Part shown: piece by piece, positions 56,208 through 64,000 of the stretch
How positions within the stretch are numbered: position 1 is the stretch's first letter
How the letters are laid out: each line of letters begins with the position of its first letter
Origin: a virus
Taxonomy: Duplodnaviria > Caudoviricetes
IMG/VR virus record: IMGVR_UViG_3300021978_000001
Span: 352,001-416,000 of that record
Length of the DNA stretch: 64,000 nt
Strand: one strand, 5' to 3'
Position numbers and translations under genes: made by a program
The notes under the pieces: model-generated
Databases searched by the model: none
Told to the model about the DNA's origin: nothing
Seen by the model: only the letters and a program-made list of their open reading frames with translations

Positions 56208-56652
56208 GGGGCTATCCCCGCGCATGCGGGGAATGTCGTTTCGCGCGTAAACAGGGCATCGAGCCATCCCCACAGATGTGGGGAACATAGGAGGCGAGCG
56301 CCAACATGAGACCAGATCCTCGGACCATCCCCGCACATGCGGGGAAAACATGTCCATATTCTCACCAATGAGTGAGGGCGAGCCATCCCCGCATGCGCGG
56401 GGAACACGGGTATACCCGGTATAGGAGGTATTCCTGGAATAGGGCCATCCCCGCATGCGCGGGGAACACAAAGAGTGGTGCGTGCGCGGTTCCAGACCCA
56501 CCGGACCATCCCCGCACGCGCGGGGAACACGACAGCAGCGCCCACACGGGCATCACACGCCCCGGACCATCCCCGCGCATGCGGGGAACACTCCGTCAAT
56601 GAGGTCAGCATCCGCCCATATTGCGGACCATCCCCGCGCATGCGGGGAACAC
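56208..56652 (-). CRISPR. Type I-E-like array: 8 repeats, 7 spacers (23, 32, 29, 33, 32, 32, 32 nt in ascending coordinates)
   Basis: Repeats at 56208, 56260, 56321, 56379, 56441, 56502, 56563, 56624; degeneracy increases away from the leader. Confidence 0.95.
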
Positions 56653-56767
56653 TCTTCAAATGTTCAGTTCCGTAAGTCCTCGGATTCCTTAAAGAATCCT
56701 CAGACCCTTCCGAACCCGGTTCTCTGTACCGACTCGAAAGGTACCTCAACAGGCCAAACCCTGTCAA
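56653..56767 (-). promoter_or_regulatory. CRISPR leader with promoter TTGACA-N18-TACCTT
   Basis: 34/35 nt identical to the other leader next to the repeat. Confidence 0.85.
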
Positions 56768-56845
56768 GTATGTTTTTTCTCCAGTGGTATTCTTCTTGTG
56801 GCGTGAGCTTTACAGGAATGACTGTCTCTCACGCGAGTTATCATC

Positions 56846-58534
56846 ATGCTACCAAAGATCACCCCCAACCTCGAACAGCGCCTCAAGCACGAGGTGTGCG
56901 AGGTCGCGCGCCAGGGCTTGATGCAAGTCCCTTCCAAATCCCCCAACCGCATGCTTTCCAAGCTCGCAAAGCACCTTGTCGGCAAGGTCGATCTCCCTGC
57001 GGGCGCGTTGAGCCAACAGGAAGCGTACCGCTTCGCCATGGAGCTGCTCGGGCAATGCCGCGTCGCCTTGACCGCACATGATGTCAAGAGCGCGGTCAAG
57101 GAAGTCACCGGGGACGAAAACCCCCTCGTGGATACCTCGACCGTCCAGCGTATCGCTGCGGCACTCCAGAAAGGATGCGAAGGCATGCGTGATGACGCGG
57201 AACGTGGTGCTCAGGGCGCCTTGCGTACCGTGACCAAGCTGCTTGTCCGCGATATGGCGCTCGAAGAATGGTCCGCCATGCAAGTCAGCGATGCCATGGT
57301 CCGTGATATGCTGATCACGCTCCCGATGGCATCCGATCAGATCGCAGGATTCCTTTCGACCTATGTGTCCCGCGCCGCGAGCATTCGGCTCGTGCAAGCG
57401 CGTAAGGTCGCGCGCGCCTTCGCCATGAAGGCTGCTTGCGTGAGCTTGACAGAAAGGACTGCATGCGAGGGCGGGAACTGTGCTTGCTCGGGCGCCTGCG
57501 CTTGCGCATGTGAGGGCTACGCGAATCAGGATGCTTGTGCGTGTGCCTCGGTGACGTCGGGCATCACGATCGCCAATGCAGAAGACTTCCCAAAGAGCAC
57601 CCAGGTCGCGATGAAGCGTCTCAAGAAGATCAATGAAGATCTCGAAATGCTCTCGACCAAGATCGAAAAGCTCGAAGATCAGGGCGTGGATGCCTCCAAG
57701 CTGCATGGGAAGCGCAATGACCTCCAGGGAGAGTACGACCGCACGGTGCGTCTCTTGGAAGGCTTCGGCGTCAAGGTCGCAAAGAACTATCCACCCGAAG
57801 TCGAACGCTACGTCGAGGAGCACAAGGCGCAAGGCATGCCTGTCGGTAAGGCATGGGCCATCGCCTGGTCGCGCTATTGCAAGTACAAGAACCCAGGCAG
57901 CGAGCATTGCAAGGGGAAGGATTACTTCCCGGGGCGACGCTCCGCGCAGCTCCCGCGCCGTCAACCTCGTGAAGCGGGAAAGGACGACGCCAGGATGTTC
58001 AACATGGACCCCACGCGCTACACCCGTGAAGAGCGGCGTGAGATCTTGAGGGAGCGCCCCTGGCTGCATCCCCGCAACCCGAGCGCGCTCGACTATGCCA
58101 TGGATGCCTTGCGCAAGCCTCTGGCGAACTGGCAAGAGGGCGGTTCCGGGAAAGGCGCGGTATTCGCGGCATACAATGCGTTGCATGAGGACCAGAAGAA
58201 AGCGCTGGCCATGGCAAACGCCAAGGTGATGCCTTCGAGTACAGTGGCGTTCCGCTCCAGCATGAACGGTAAGACGTTCCCCTCGTCGATGAAGGGGCAA
58301 TCGTTGCATGTCGAGATCGAACCTGGCATGGCGCGGCTCGGACCCAACCATGTCCGCGCTTACCAGGTCACGCCACGCGAGGTGATGATTCACCCGGACA
58401 TCCCCGGGTCTCCGCTCGGCAAGGGTGTGTGGAAGTGGGAGCGCGAGATGATCCTGATGCCGGACGCGAACCCCAAGCGTCTTTCCGATGCACAGACCGC
58501 AAAACTTCTCGATTCGATCGCCAGGAGAGGCTGA
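56846..58534 (+). CDS. Large mosaic protein: Cys/Ala-rich linker, ChaB-like segment, possible C-terminal ADP-ribosyltransferase-like domain
   Basis: CACSGACACAC; GMPVGKAWAIAWSRY; AFRS...QSL...YQVTPREV...WEREMIL. Confidence 0.55.
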   Translation: MLPKITPNLEQRLKHEVCEVARQGLMQVPSKSPNRMLSKLAKHLVGKVDLPAGALSQQEAYRFAMELLGQCRVALTAHDVKSAVKEVTGDENPLVDTSTVQRIAAALQKGCEGMRDDAERGAQGALRTVTKLLVRDMALEEWSAMQVSDAMVRDMLITLPMASDQIAGFLSTYVSRAASIRLVQARKVARAFAMKAACVSLTERTACEGGNCACSGACACACEGYANQDACACASVTSGITIANAEDFPKSTQVAMKRLKKINEDLEMLSTKIEKLEDQGVDASKLHGKRNDLQGEYDRTVRLLEGFGVKVAKNYPPEVERYVEEHKAQGMPVGKAWAIAWSRYCKYKNPGSEHCKGKDYFPGRRSAQLPRRQPREAGKDDARMFNMDPTRYTREERREILRERPWLHPRNPSALDYAMDALRKPLANWQEGGSGKGAVFAAYNALHEDQKKALAMANAKVMPSSTVAFRSSMNGKTFPSSMKGQSLHVEIEPGMARLGPNHVRAYQVTPREVMIHPDIPGSPLGKGVWKWEREMILMPDANPKRLSDAQTAKLLDSIARRG

Positions 58535-58536
58535 CC

Positions 58537-59280
58537 ATGAACCGAATGATTCGACGTATTGCTCGCCTCTACCTCGCGGGCATCCCTGAGTACGAGAAGC
58601 TGCTACGCATGCACCGTTCTGAATACGGCGAGCGCCCCTGGTCGCTCCAGATCGAGCGCTTGCATGGTGCCTGTATGGATGCGCATGCCGACATGAACAT
58701 CCGTGAAGCCCGGGAAGCTCTCGGTGCGATCTTGCGCGACATGGAAGCCCTGAGCAAATTGCTCACGCTCGAACCAGATCTCGCGAACATCGAGGATGTG
58801 GTCAAGGTCCAGACCCTCGTGCGTATCGCTTTCCGTATGGAGCAGCCGACCGAGGGTGATCTGTTGGTGATCATCGCGAACGCGCTCGAAGCGCTCGTAA
58901 CTCCCGGGCTTGGTGATTGGGCATACTCGCTCGACATCACCACACGTGAAGCAAGCAAAGCGCAGCGTGTGGCAAAGATGACTCCGACCGATCTCGAAAA
59001 CACCGTTCGCCGTCTGGAGAACCAACTCTTGCGTGTCAAGAAGACGATGGCGGGGGGCGCGCACAAGCGCGTGGTCCAGGTCGAGCTTCGTGAACTTTCT
59101 CGTGATCTTCGAGACTTCTACTTCAACGCAGGGGTCATGCATCTCGATGAGCTTCCGGGATCGACGGCCAGGCGCATGAAGGTCATCGAGCTGGAGAAGG
59201 AAGAGCTTGAGGCCATGACAAAGACCAAGGATCAGGACACGCTCGAAGTCTTCTTGCGAGACCTCGCGAAGCGTTTCTGA
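58537..59280 (+). CDS. Helical hypothetical protein, possibly head-internal
   Basis: GGAGAGG RBS; N-terminal RRIARLYL. Confidence 0.65.
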   Translation: MNRMIRRIARLYLAGIPEYEKLLRMHRSEYGERPWSLQIERLHGACMDAHADMNIREAREALGAILRDMEALSKLLTLEPDLANIEDVVKVQTLVRIAFRMEQPTEGDLLVIIANALEALVTPGLGDWAYSLDITTREASKAQRVAKMTPTDLENTVRRLENQLLRVKKTMAGGAHKRVVQVELRELSRDLRDFYFNAGVMHLDELPGSTARRMKVIELEKEELEAMTKTKDQDTLEVFLRDLAKRF

Positions 59281-59304
59281 ACAAGCACATAAGGGAGAAG
59301 AGCC

Positions 59305-59952
59305 ATGGTAAGAGGATTGTTGGAAGCAGGGACATACAAGCCGCGTGATCTCGAAGTCCACGAGCAGAAGAGAAAGAACGCGTTTCGCAACATGTGCCTG
59401 ATGTACGCCTTCTGTGTCGCGGCGCTCCTGGCGATTGCCTTTGCATGGTTCGCAGCACATGATGTGACCGGAACGATCGTGGCCATTGGCTTTTTCCTGG
59501 TGAGCTGCGGCGTCGCAGCCTGGGGAACGCGTGGGTACTACAAGAAGGCTCGCTACGGCTACGACATCGTGGATGGTGCAGTGCGGATCGAGTTTGACAG
59601 CCTCGATTACTACGTCCCACCAAACCTGATGGAACCCTTCCTCAAGGGCATCTTGCATACGTTCCGTGAGGAGTTTCAACGCGTTTACGGCAAGGAACCC
59701 AAGGACGTGATCCAGGTGCTCATGGTGGTCAAGAAAGAACGCCCCGAGGACCCCTTGAAGCGTGTCTCCGCCGATCGCGTCGTGGGGCTCACCTATCATG
59801 GTCAACGCGTGAGCTATGTCTATGGCCCCTACGCCTTGAGTGATGGCGGGCTCGGGTATGAGTTTCGGCTCCAGTTGTGTCACAAGATCGTCCCGGAGAT
59901 GTCTGAGCCCGAGAAGATCGAGTGGATGGCAGAGAAGGGTCTCTATCCTTGA
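59305..59952 (+). CDS. Membrane protein with two TM helices
   Basis: GGGAG RBS; two hydrophobic segments. Confidence 0.7.
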   Translation: MVRGLLEAGTYKPRDLEVHEQKRKNAFRNMCLMYAFCVAALLAIAFAWFAAHDVTGTIVAIGFFLVSCGVAAWGTRGYYKKARYGYDIVDGAVRIEFDSLDYYVPPNLMEPFLKGILHTFREEFQRVYGKEPKDVIQVLMVVKKERPEDPLKRVSADRVVGLTYHGQRVSYVYGPYALSDGGLGYEFRLQLCHKIVPEMSEPEKIEWMAEKGLYP

Positions 59953-59974
59953 TCGACTCGATCGTTTGAAACCC

Positions 59975-60439
59975 TCAGTACCCGAAGTCGAACCCATACC
60001 TGTAGACCACGCCCTCCACGGCCAACTCCTCCTCATAAGCGCCAACCCCGCCTCCCCTCTTGATGCGTTCGTAGACGCGTTCCATCAAGGGGTCTCCTAT
60101 TTTGGCGACACGGGACGAGCTACAACAGCCCCGCGAGGCTTTTTCCGTGAGAAGGCGCGCCTTGATCTGCTCGACCGCTGGTGCAGGCAAGAGGTGCTTC
60201 CAGTACATCATGTCCCCCATCAATTCGTAGAAGGCGAGACACTCTTCACACCACACCTCATCGGGCACCTTGGGGTACCTGTCATCTCGAAAGATGTGGT
60301 CTACAGCAGATGTCCCGCAACAGTTGCAGCGGGCATCGTCAGGAGGCTCGACGGTGGTCTTGTGTCTGCGCTCCTGGAAGGCCACCGTGATGCCCCGGTC
60401 GATCAACCAGTCCTTTTCCTTCGTGTACGTGTTCGTCAT
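59975..60439 (-). CDS. Hypothetical protein with possible Zn-binding cysteines (start uncertain)
   Basis: CNCC...CEEC; ORF 59975..60796. Confidence 0.55.
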   Translation of the reverse strand: MTNTYTKEKDWLIDRGITVAFQERRHKTTVEPPDDARCNCCGTSAVDHIFRDDRYPKVPDEVWCEECLAFYELMGDMMYWKHLLPAPAVEQIKARLLTEKASRGCCSSSRVAKIGDPLMERVYERIKRGGGVGAYEEELAVEGVVYRYGFDFGY

Positions 60440-60557
60440 GGCCTTTGATTCTCCTGTGATGGTGTATTCCTCCCTTCGTACCATGACAAGTGCATCCTGT
60501 AAAGGCGTAATCATCTTATAACACAGGTGAAAGACAACACCTGCAAAGGGAGTAGAT

Positions 60558-61571
60558 ATGCAGATGAATACATTGAGTTTCGAGCGTGTCCAGGCGGGCA
60601 TGAAGGCCATGCGTGAGTTTGGCGTCGAGCGTGATGCTTTCGAGGTACGTGGTATCGCGGTCAAGCTGCGAACGCTCGTAGGAGATGAGCACCGCAAGGT
60701 CAACACGTATGTCACGGCATATATGGAAGAGTACCAGGACGTGGACGAGAGCGCGTTCAACTTCGACGCGACCCTGGATTTCTTCCTCGTGCGCAAGATC
60801 GAGGTTCTCGCCTACAGCATCGAGCTGATGGGCACCTTCGACTTCGACGGCATCGAGTATGTGGAGACGGGGGAGATGAATGACCAGGGCATGCCGGTCA
60901 AGATCCCGAAGGCTGTCTTCGTGCGCCAGATGCTCCACCAGGTGGATCAGACCATCGTGGATGTGCTCTATCGCAAGTACGCAGATCTCGTCGAGGTCGC
61001 GGAAGAGAAAGCCTATGCGGGCATCGAGTTTCGCGACCCCGAGGATGAACTCGCCAAGGCGCGCGCAAAAGTCGAGCGTCTCGAACAGGAACTCGGGATC
61101 ACGCGCGAGCCCGAGCTGACCGAAAACTCCGAGCAAGAGATCGAGGACAGCGACATCCTCACGGAAGAGGCCATTCACGACATGGCCTTCCAGGTGATCC
61201 CCGAGGAAGACCGAGAGATCCTCTTGACCGAGCGCGCCGATCCGATCCCCGAGCCTCCCAAGAAGGCGCCACCACAGAGTCGTATGAATGTAGGTGGTCA
61301 AGAGTTTGTCAAGCTCGACGAGCCCGAGGAACTCACCGAGGAAGAGGCCGCTTACTTCGACGCGCAAGAAGAGCTGTATCAACAGCGGTACGGAGAGGAC
61401 GCCACGCTGCCTCCACGAAAGCCCCTGAACACTCAGGTGCCGCAGTTCCAGGCGGGCTCGCTCCCGTCTCAGGGAGCGCAGCGTCGCGTCGTGCGTCAAA
61501 GCATGCAGGCGCCTCCCGGGATCGAAGTCGCAGAAGGCATCCATGGCCCCGAGACGCTCACCAAGAAGTGA
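60558..61571 (+). CDS. Probable tail assembly chaperone-like protein
   Basis: GGAG RBS; V.LRTL motif, acidic linker; position upstream of tape measure. Confidence 0.45.
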   Translation: MQMNTLSFERVQAGMKAMREFGVERDAFEVRGIAVKLRTLVGDEHRKVNTYVTAYMEEYQDVDESAFNFDATLDFFLVRKIEVLAYSIELMGTFDFDGIEYVETGEMNDQGMPVKIPKAVFVRQMLHQVDQTIVDVLYRKYADLVEVAEEKAYAGIEFRDPEDELAKARAKVERLEQELGITREPELTENSEQEIEDSDILTEEAIHDMAFQVIPEEDREILLTERADPIPEPPKKAPPQSRMNVGGQEFVKLDEPEELTEEEAAYFDAQEELYQQRYGEDATLPPRKPLNTQVPQFQAGSLPSQGAQRRVVRQSMQAPPGIEVAEGIHGPETLTKK

Positions 61572-61598
61572 TCGGGTTACTGTGCGGGAAGGAGAGTC

Positions 61599-62771
61599 AT
61601 GGGCAGGTATGATGACGTCGAAGCGCTCTTGCATCGAGGTTTCTTGAGCGCGAGGTGTGATATGTTCAATATCCCCGTCGTGTTCAAGACCTTGACACAG
61701 GTGGAGTTTGACCTGGTGTTGATGCAGGGCGAAGACCTGGCCCGGGATTGGCGCGTTCATACAGGGTACTACCTCGCGTACTCCACGCTCTTCTTTAACC
61801 GTCAGCTTCTCTTGCCTGTTCGTCAGTTCTGGGTGACCGAGCTTGCCGAGCTGTACGCCTCCCTCCCGGATCGCATTTTGGTGGTGCTCCTCCTGATGGT
61901 CAACCGGATCAACCAGCGCTCCCGGGAAGCGCTCGAACAGGTCCAGGCATACAGCTATGGCGCCGCGTCGAGAGAACGCTGGGCTTCGGTCAAGGGACTC
62001 CCCCTGTGCGATTCCAGGGTGACGGGGATCGAGGGTACGGAGAAGGTGGGCCTGACCTATCACCAGCGATTGTGGTCTTACCTCAACCGCGCCGAAGACG
62101 AGCAAGAGCACTTCCTTCGCATGTACGGGCTCGCCAAGTTTATCACCTCTCCGCATGCGCCCAAGGAGATCCAGAAGATGGATCGCAAGGACGCCAAGAA
62201 GATCAAGGAGATGAACAAGGTCCGGCGCAAACTCTTCGAGGGACGCGCCGCGCGTCTGGGGGAGGATGATCGTGAGGTGCGTGTGAGCGCGGAGAGTGCG
62301 GAAGAGTTGCTCGAACAAATGGAGCGCACCCTGCGTGGGGAGAAGGACTACCACGACCTCGTGATCGAAGCGCACCAGAAGAAAGTCCGTCAAGCCTACA
62401 TCGCGCGCGAGGAAGAGCGTCAACGCCTGGCGAAGATGAACGCGGCGCGTCGCGAGCAGGCGCTCATGCAAGAGGCGAGCGCGCTGGCGTTTAAGGGGCT
62501 GACGCGGCAAGAGGTCGAGCATCTCATCCGTAAACAGCGCCAGGAGAGCGCGCAGATGCGACAGGAGAAGACCTGGATCGACCCGGATGCTCTCGCGGCG
62601 CAAGAGCAAAACCTCTTGCGATGGGGCTTCCTCGATGTCGAGGACATCCCGAGCAACCGACGTGAATGGTATAATCCGGCAAAGCACACCGTGACACGTC
62701 CGGGGGAGGACGACGAGAATCCATTGATGGATTCTCATTATGAGCGTGTTCACCCTGAACGTGAAGACTGA
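61599..62771 (+). CDS. Probable tail assembly protein
   Basis: GGAGAG RBS; V.FKTL motif; coiled-coil C-terminus; directly upstream of tape measure. Confidence 0.45.
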   Translation: MGRYDDVEALLHRGFLSARCDMFNIPVVFKTLTQVEFDLVLMQGEDLARDWRVHTGYYLAYSTLFFNRQLLLPVRQFWVTELAELYASLPDRILVVLLLMVNRINQRSREALEQVQAYSYGAASRERWASVKGLPLCDSRVTGIEGTEKVGLTYHQRLWSYLNRAEDEQEHFLRMYGLAKFITSPHAPKEIQKMDRKDAKKIKEMNKVRRKLFEGRAARLGEDDREVRVSAESAEELLEQMERTLRGEKDYHDLVIEAHQKKVRQAYIAREEERQRLAKMNAARREQALMQEASALAFKGLTRQEVEHLIRKQRQESAQMRQEKTWIDPDALAAQEQNLLRWGFLDVEDIPSNRREWYNPAKHTVTRPGEDDENPLMDSHYERVHPERED

Positions 62772-62786
62772 TTTCCGAGGCGAGCC

Positions 62787-64000
62787 ATGGCAGAGGACAT
62801 TCAAAAGCTGATCATTTCAGTCGGGCAACGTGGCCTGGCTGATGTCGAGCGCAGCTTCAAGAACCTCGATGGTGTGGTCTCCACGGCTTTCGACAAGCTC
62901 GGGAAGTACAACAAGAACCTTGGTGAAGATAGCGCGGATGCTGCCAAGCGTCTGCAAGCCGTCAGCGGCGCGCTTACCAGCATCGAACGGAACATCCAGA
63001 GCGCGGGAAAGGGCCTCTCGACGACCTTCGATGGTAAGAAGATCCAGAACTTCGACACGCGCGTCCGCAAACTCCAGCGCTCCCTGCTCGACGCGGTGGA
63101 TGATTTTCGTACCGCCGAAGACCAGGCAACCAAGGCGAGCGCCAAGAAGCGCATCCAATCCATTCAGAGCGTGATCGACAAGGAAGTGGCGAGCTTTGGC
63201 AAGCTGTACGCGAAGCACCGGGAGCAGTTCCAGGAGCTTTCCGAGATGCAGCGCAAGACAGGCATGCAAAACTTCGCCTCGGGCGCGCGTGGTACCGCGC
63301 AGCTCATCAATCAGCTCCGATCCGGTGATGTGGGAGGCGCTGCGAACACCCTCGGGAGCGGTGGGCAGCAACTCTTCAAGGGCGCGCAAAAGCGTTCGTT
63401 CGATTCTGCGATGAAGGGGAGCAAGGGCGCCGCTGGTGTCACACGCGCGCTCGGTGCCCTGGCCAAGGTCGCGGGTCCCATGGCGGCGGTGGCCATGGTT
63501 CTGGGCAGCGTGGTCAAGGCGTTCCTCGACCTCGACGCCAGGGTCAAGGACATCAACAAGTCGATGCTCAAGAACGTCCCGCTCACCTCGCTCGCGGCAG
63601 ATCAGTTCGGTGACCTCGCGGGCCAGGTCGCAGATGGTGAGCAGGCGCTACGTGAGATCCGCAACACGATCTTGACCGATGCCGACTTGCGCATGCTCGG
63701 AATGACTCCCGAGATGATGAGCCAGACGATGCTCGCCATCGAACAGCAAGCGGGGGGTTTGAGCAACCTCAGATCACAAGGCGTGAGCGCGCGTGATGCG
63801 CTCGAAGCGGCACAGGTCGCGGCGCTTAACCTCGGTGTCGATGCCAACGAGACCATGGGCTTGATCGGGTCGCTCATCGACGTGACAGGCGCGAGCTTTA
63901 ACGAGGCGGTCGATTCGCTCTCGATGGTTATCTCCAGCGCGCAGGATGCCGGGGTCTCCACGCAGAAGTTCTTCAACATCGTGCAGTCTGTTGTGGGCGA
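62787..64000 (+). CDS. Tape measure protein, N-terminal part (runs off window)
   Basis: GAGG RBS, MAEDIQKLIISVGQRG...; no stop seen in the part translated by eye; A/G/L-rich helical with hydrophobic GPMAAVAMVLGSVV segment. Confidence 0.7.
   Translation, partial: MAEDIQKLIISVGQRGLADVERSFKNLDGVVSTAFDKLGKYNKNLGEDSADAAKRLQAVSGALTSIERNIQSAGKGLSTTFDGKKIQNFDTRVRKLQRSLLDAVDDFRTAEDQATKASAKKRIQSIQSVIDKEVASFGKLYAKHREQFQELSEMQRKTGMQNFASGARGTAQLINQLRSGDVGGAANTLGSGGQQLFKGAQKRSFDSAMKGSKGAAGVTRALGALAKVAGPMAAVAMVLGSVVKAFLDLDARVKDINKSMLKNVPLTSLAADQFGDLAGQVADGEQALREIRNTILTDADLRMLGMTPEMMSQTMLAIEQQAGGLSNLRSQGVSARDALEAAQVAALNLGVDANETMGLIGSLIDVTGASFNEAVDSLSMVISSAQDAGVSTQKFFNIVQSVVG

Noticed and set aside
53635-56623. 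Self-targeting spacers
   Set aside because: No match to this window noticed by eye; not exhaustive, needs an alignment
53606-56652. Repeats as REP/BIME or MITE palindromes
   Set aside because: Fixed 29-nt length, ~32-nt unique spacers, leader and polarity fit CRISPR
56102-56767. ORFs running through the CRISPR arrays (also the upstream part of 53346..53756 and 53489..53932)
   Set aside because: Repeats lack stop codons; translations are repeat-derived (PRMRGDGP) and lack RBSs
52900-57000. cas genes near the arrays
   Set aside because: No Cas1, Cas3 helicase/HD, Cas7 or Cas6 RAMP motifs recognisable in neighbouring ORFs; very divergent Cas proteins cannot be excluded without an HMM search
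59305-59952. Membrane zinc metalloprotease
   Set aside because: YEFRLQLCH does not give an intact HExxH motif
61540-61620. Programmed frameshift between the tail chaperone ORFs
   Set aside because: No slippery heptamer seen near the stop; the second ORF has its own GGAGAG RBS
60516-62804. 762-aa minus-strand ORF, and similar long ones at 25563..27143, 56849..58393, 58603..60045, 51078..52148 and 45756..47402
   Set aside because: Opposite-strand shadows of genes with RBSs and recognisable motifs; expected in high-GC DNA
1-64000. tRNA and rRNA genes
   Set aside because: No cloverleaf or T-loop context or rRNA-like segment found by eye; tRNAscan-SE not run

Overview
This window looks like part of a large, GC-rich (roughly 60% by eye) contractile-tailed (jumbo-type) bacteriophage genome. 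No rRNA, tRNA or bacterial housekeeping operons were seen. Layout: (i) 1-24.6 kb is a tightly coupled + strand run of about 39 hypothetical ORFs dominated by two expansions. Family A has about 16 paralogues sharing a C-terminal R-x3-[DE]-x-[WY]-E-x3-R helix. Family B has about 13 proteins sharing little beyond an N-terminal M-L-[YIL]-N-x-[FL] tag. (ii) 24.6-42.8 kb holds nucleotide and DNA metabolism and accessory genes: thyA, DHFR, ATP-grasp, a GyrA/ParC-type topoisomerase subunit, a degenerate Tpt1/KptA-like gene, a dTMP kinase-like gene, a metallophosphoesterase, a patatin and a tiny type IV prepilin-like gene. (iii) 43-64 kb holds virion genes: modular minus-strand decoration/fibre-like genes, an RlpA-like gene, tail tube, probable tail chaperones and the start of a tape measure gene. 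A mostly minus-strand island at 52.9-56.8 kb interrupts these. It carries three cas-less type I-E-like CRISPR units (1, 4 and 8 repeats) behind copies of one leader/promoter. The solitary repeat is followed by exactly 32 nt and a terminator hairpin, resembling a crRNA. The last repeat of each true array sits directly on the translation start of a small ORF. All calls come from reading the sequence by eye; no database search was run.
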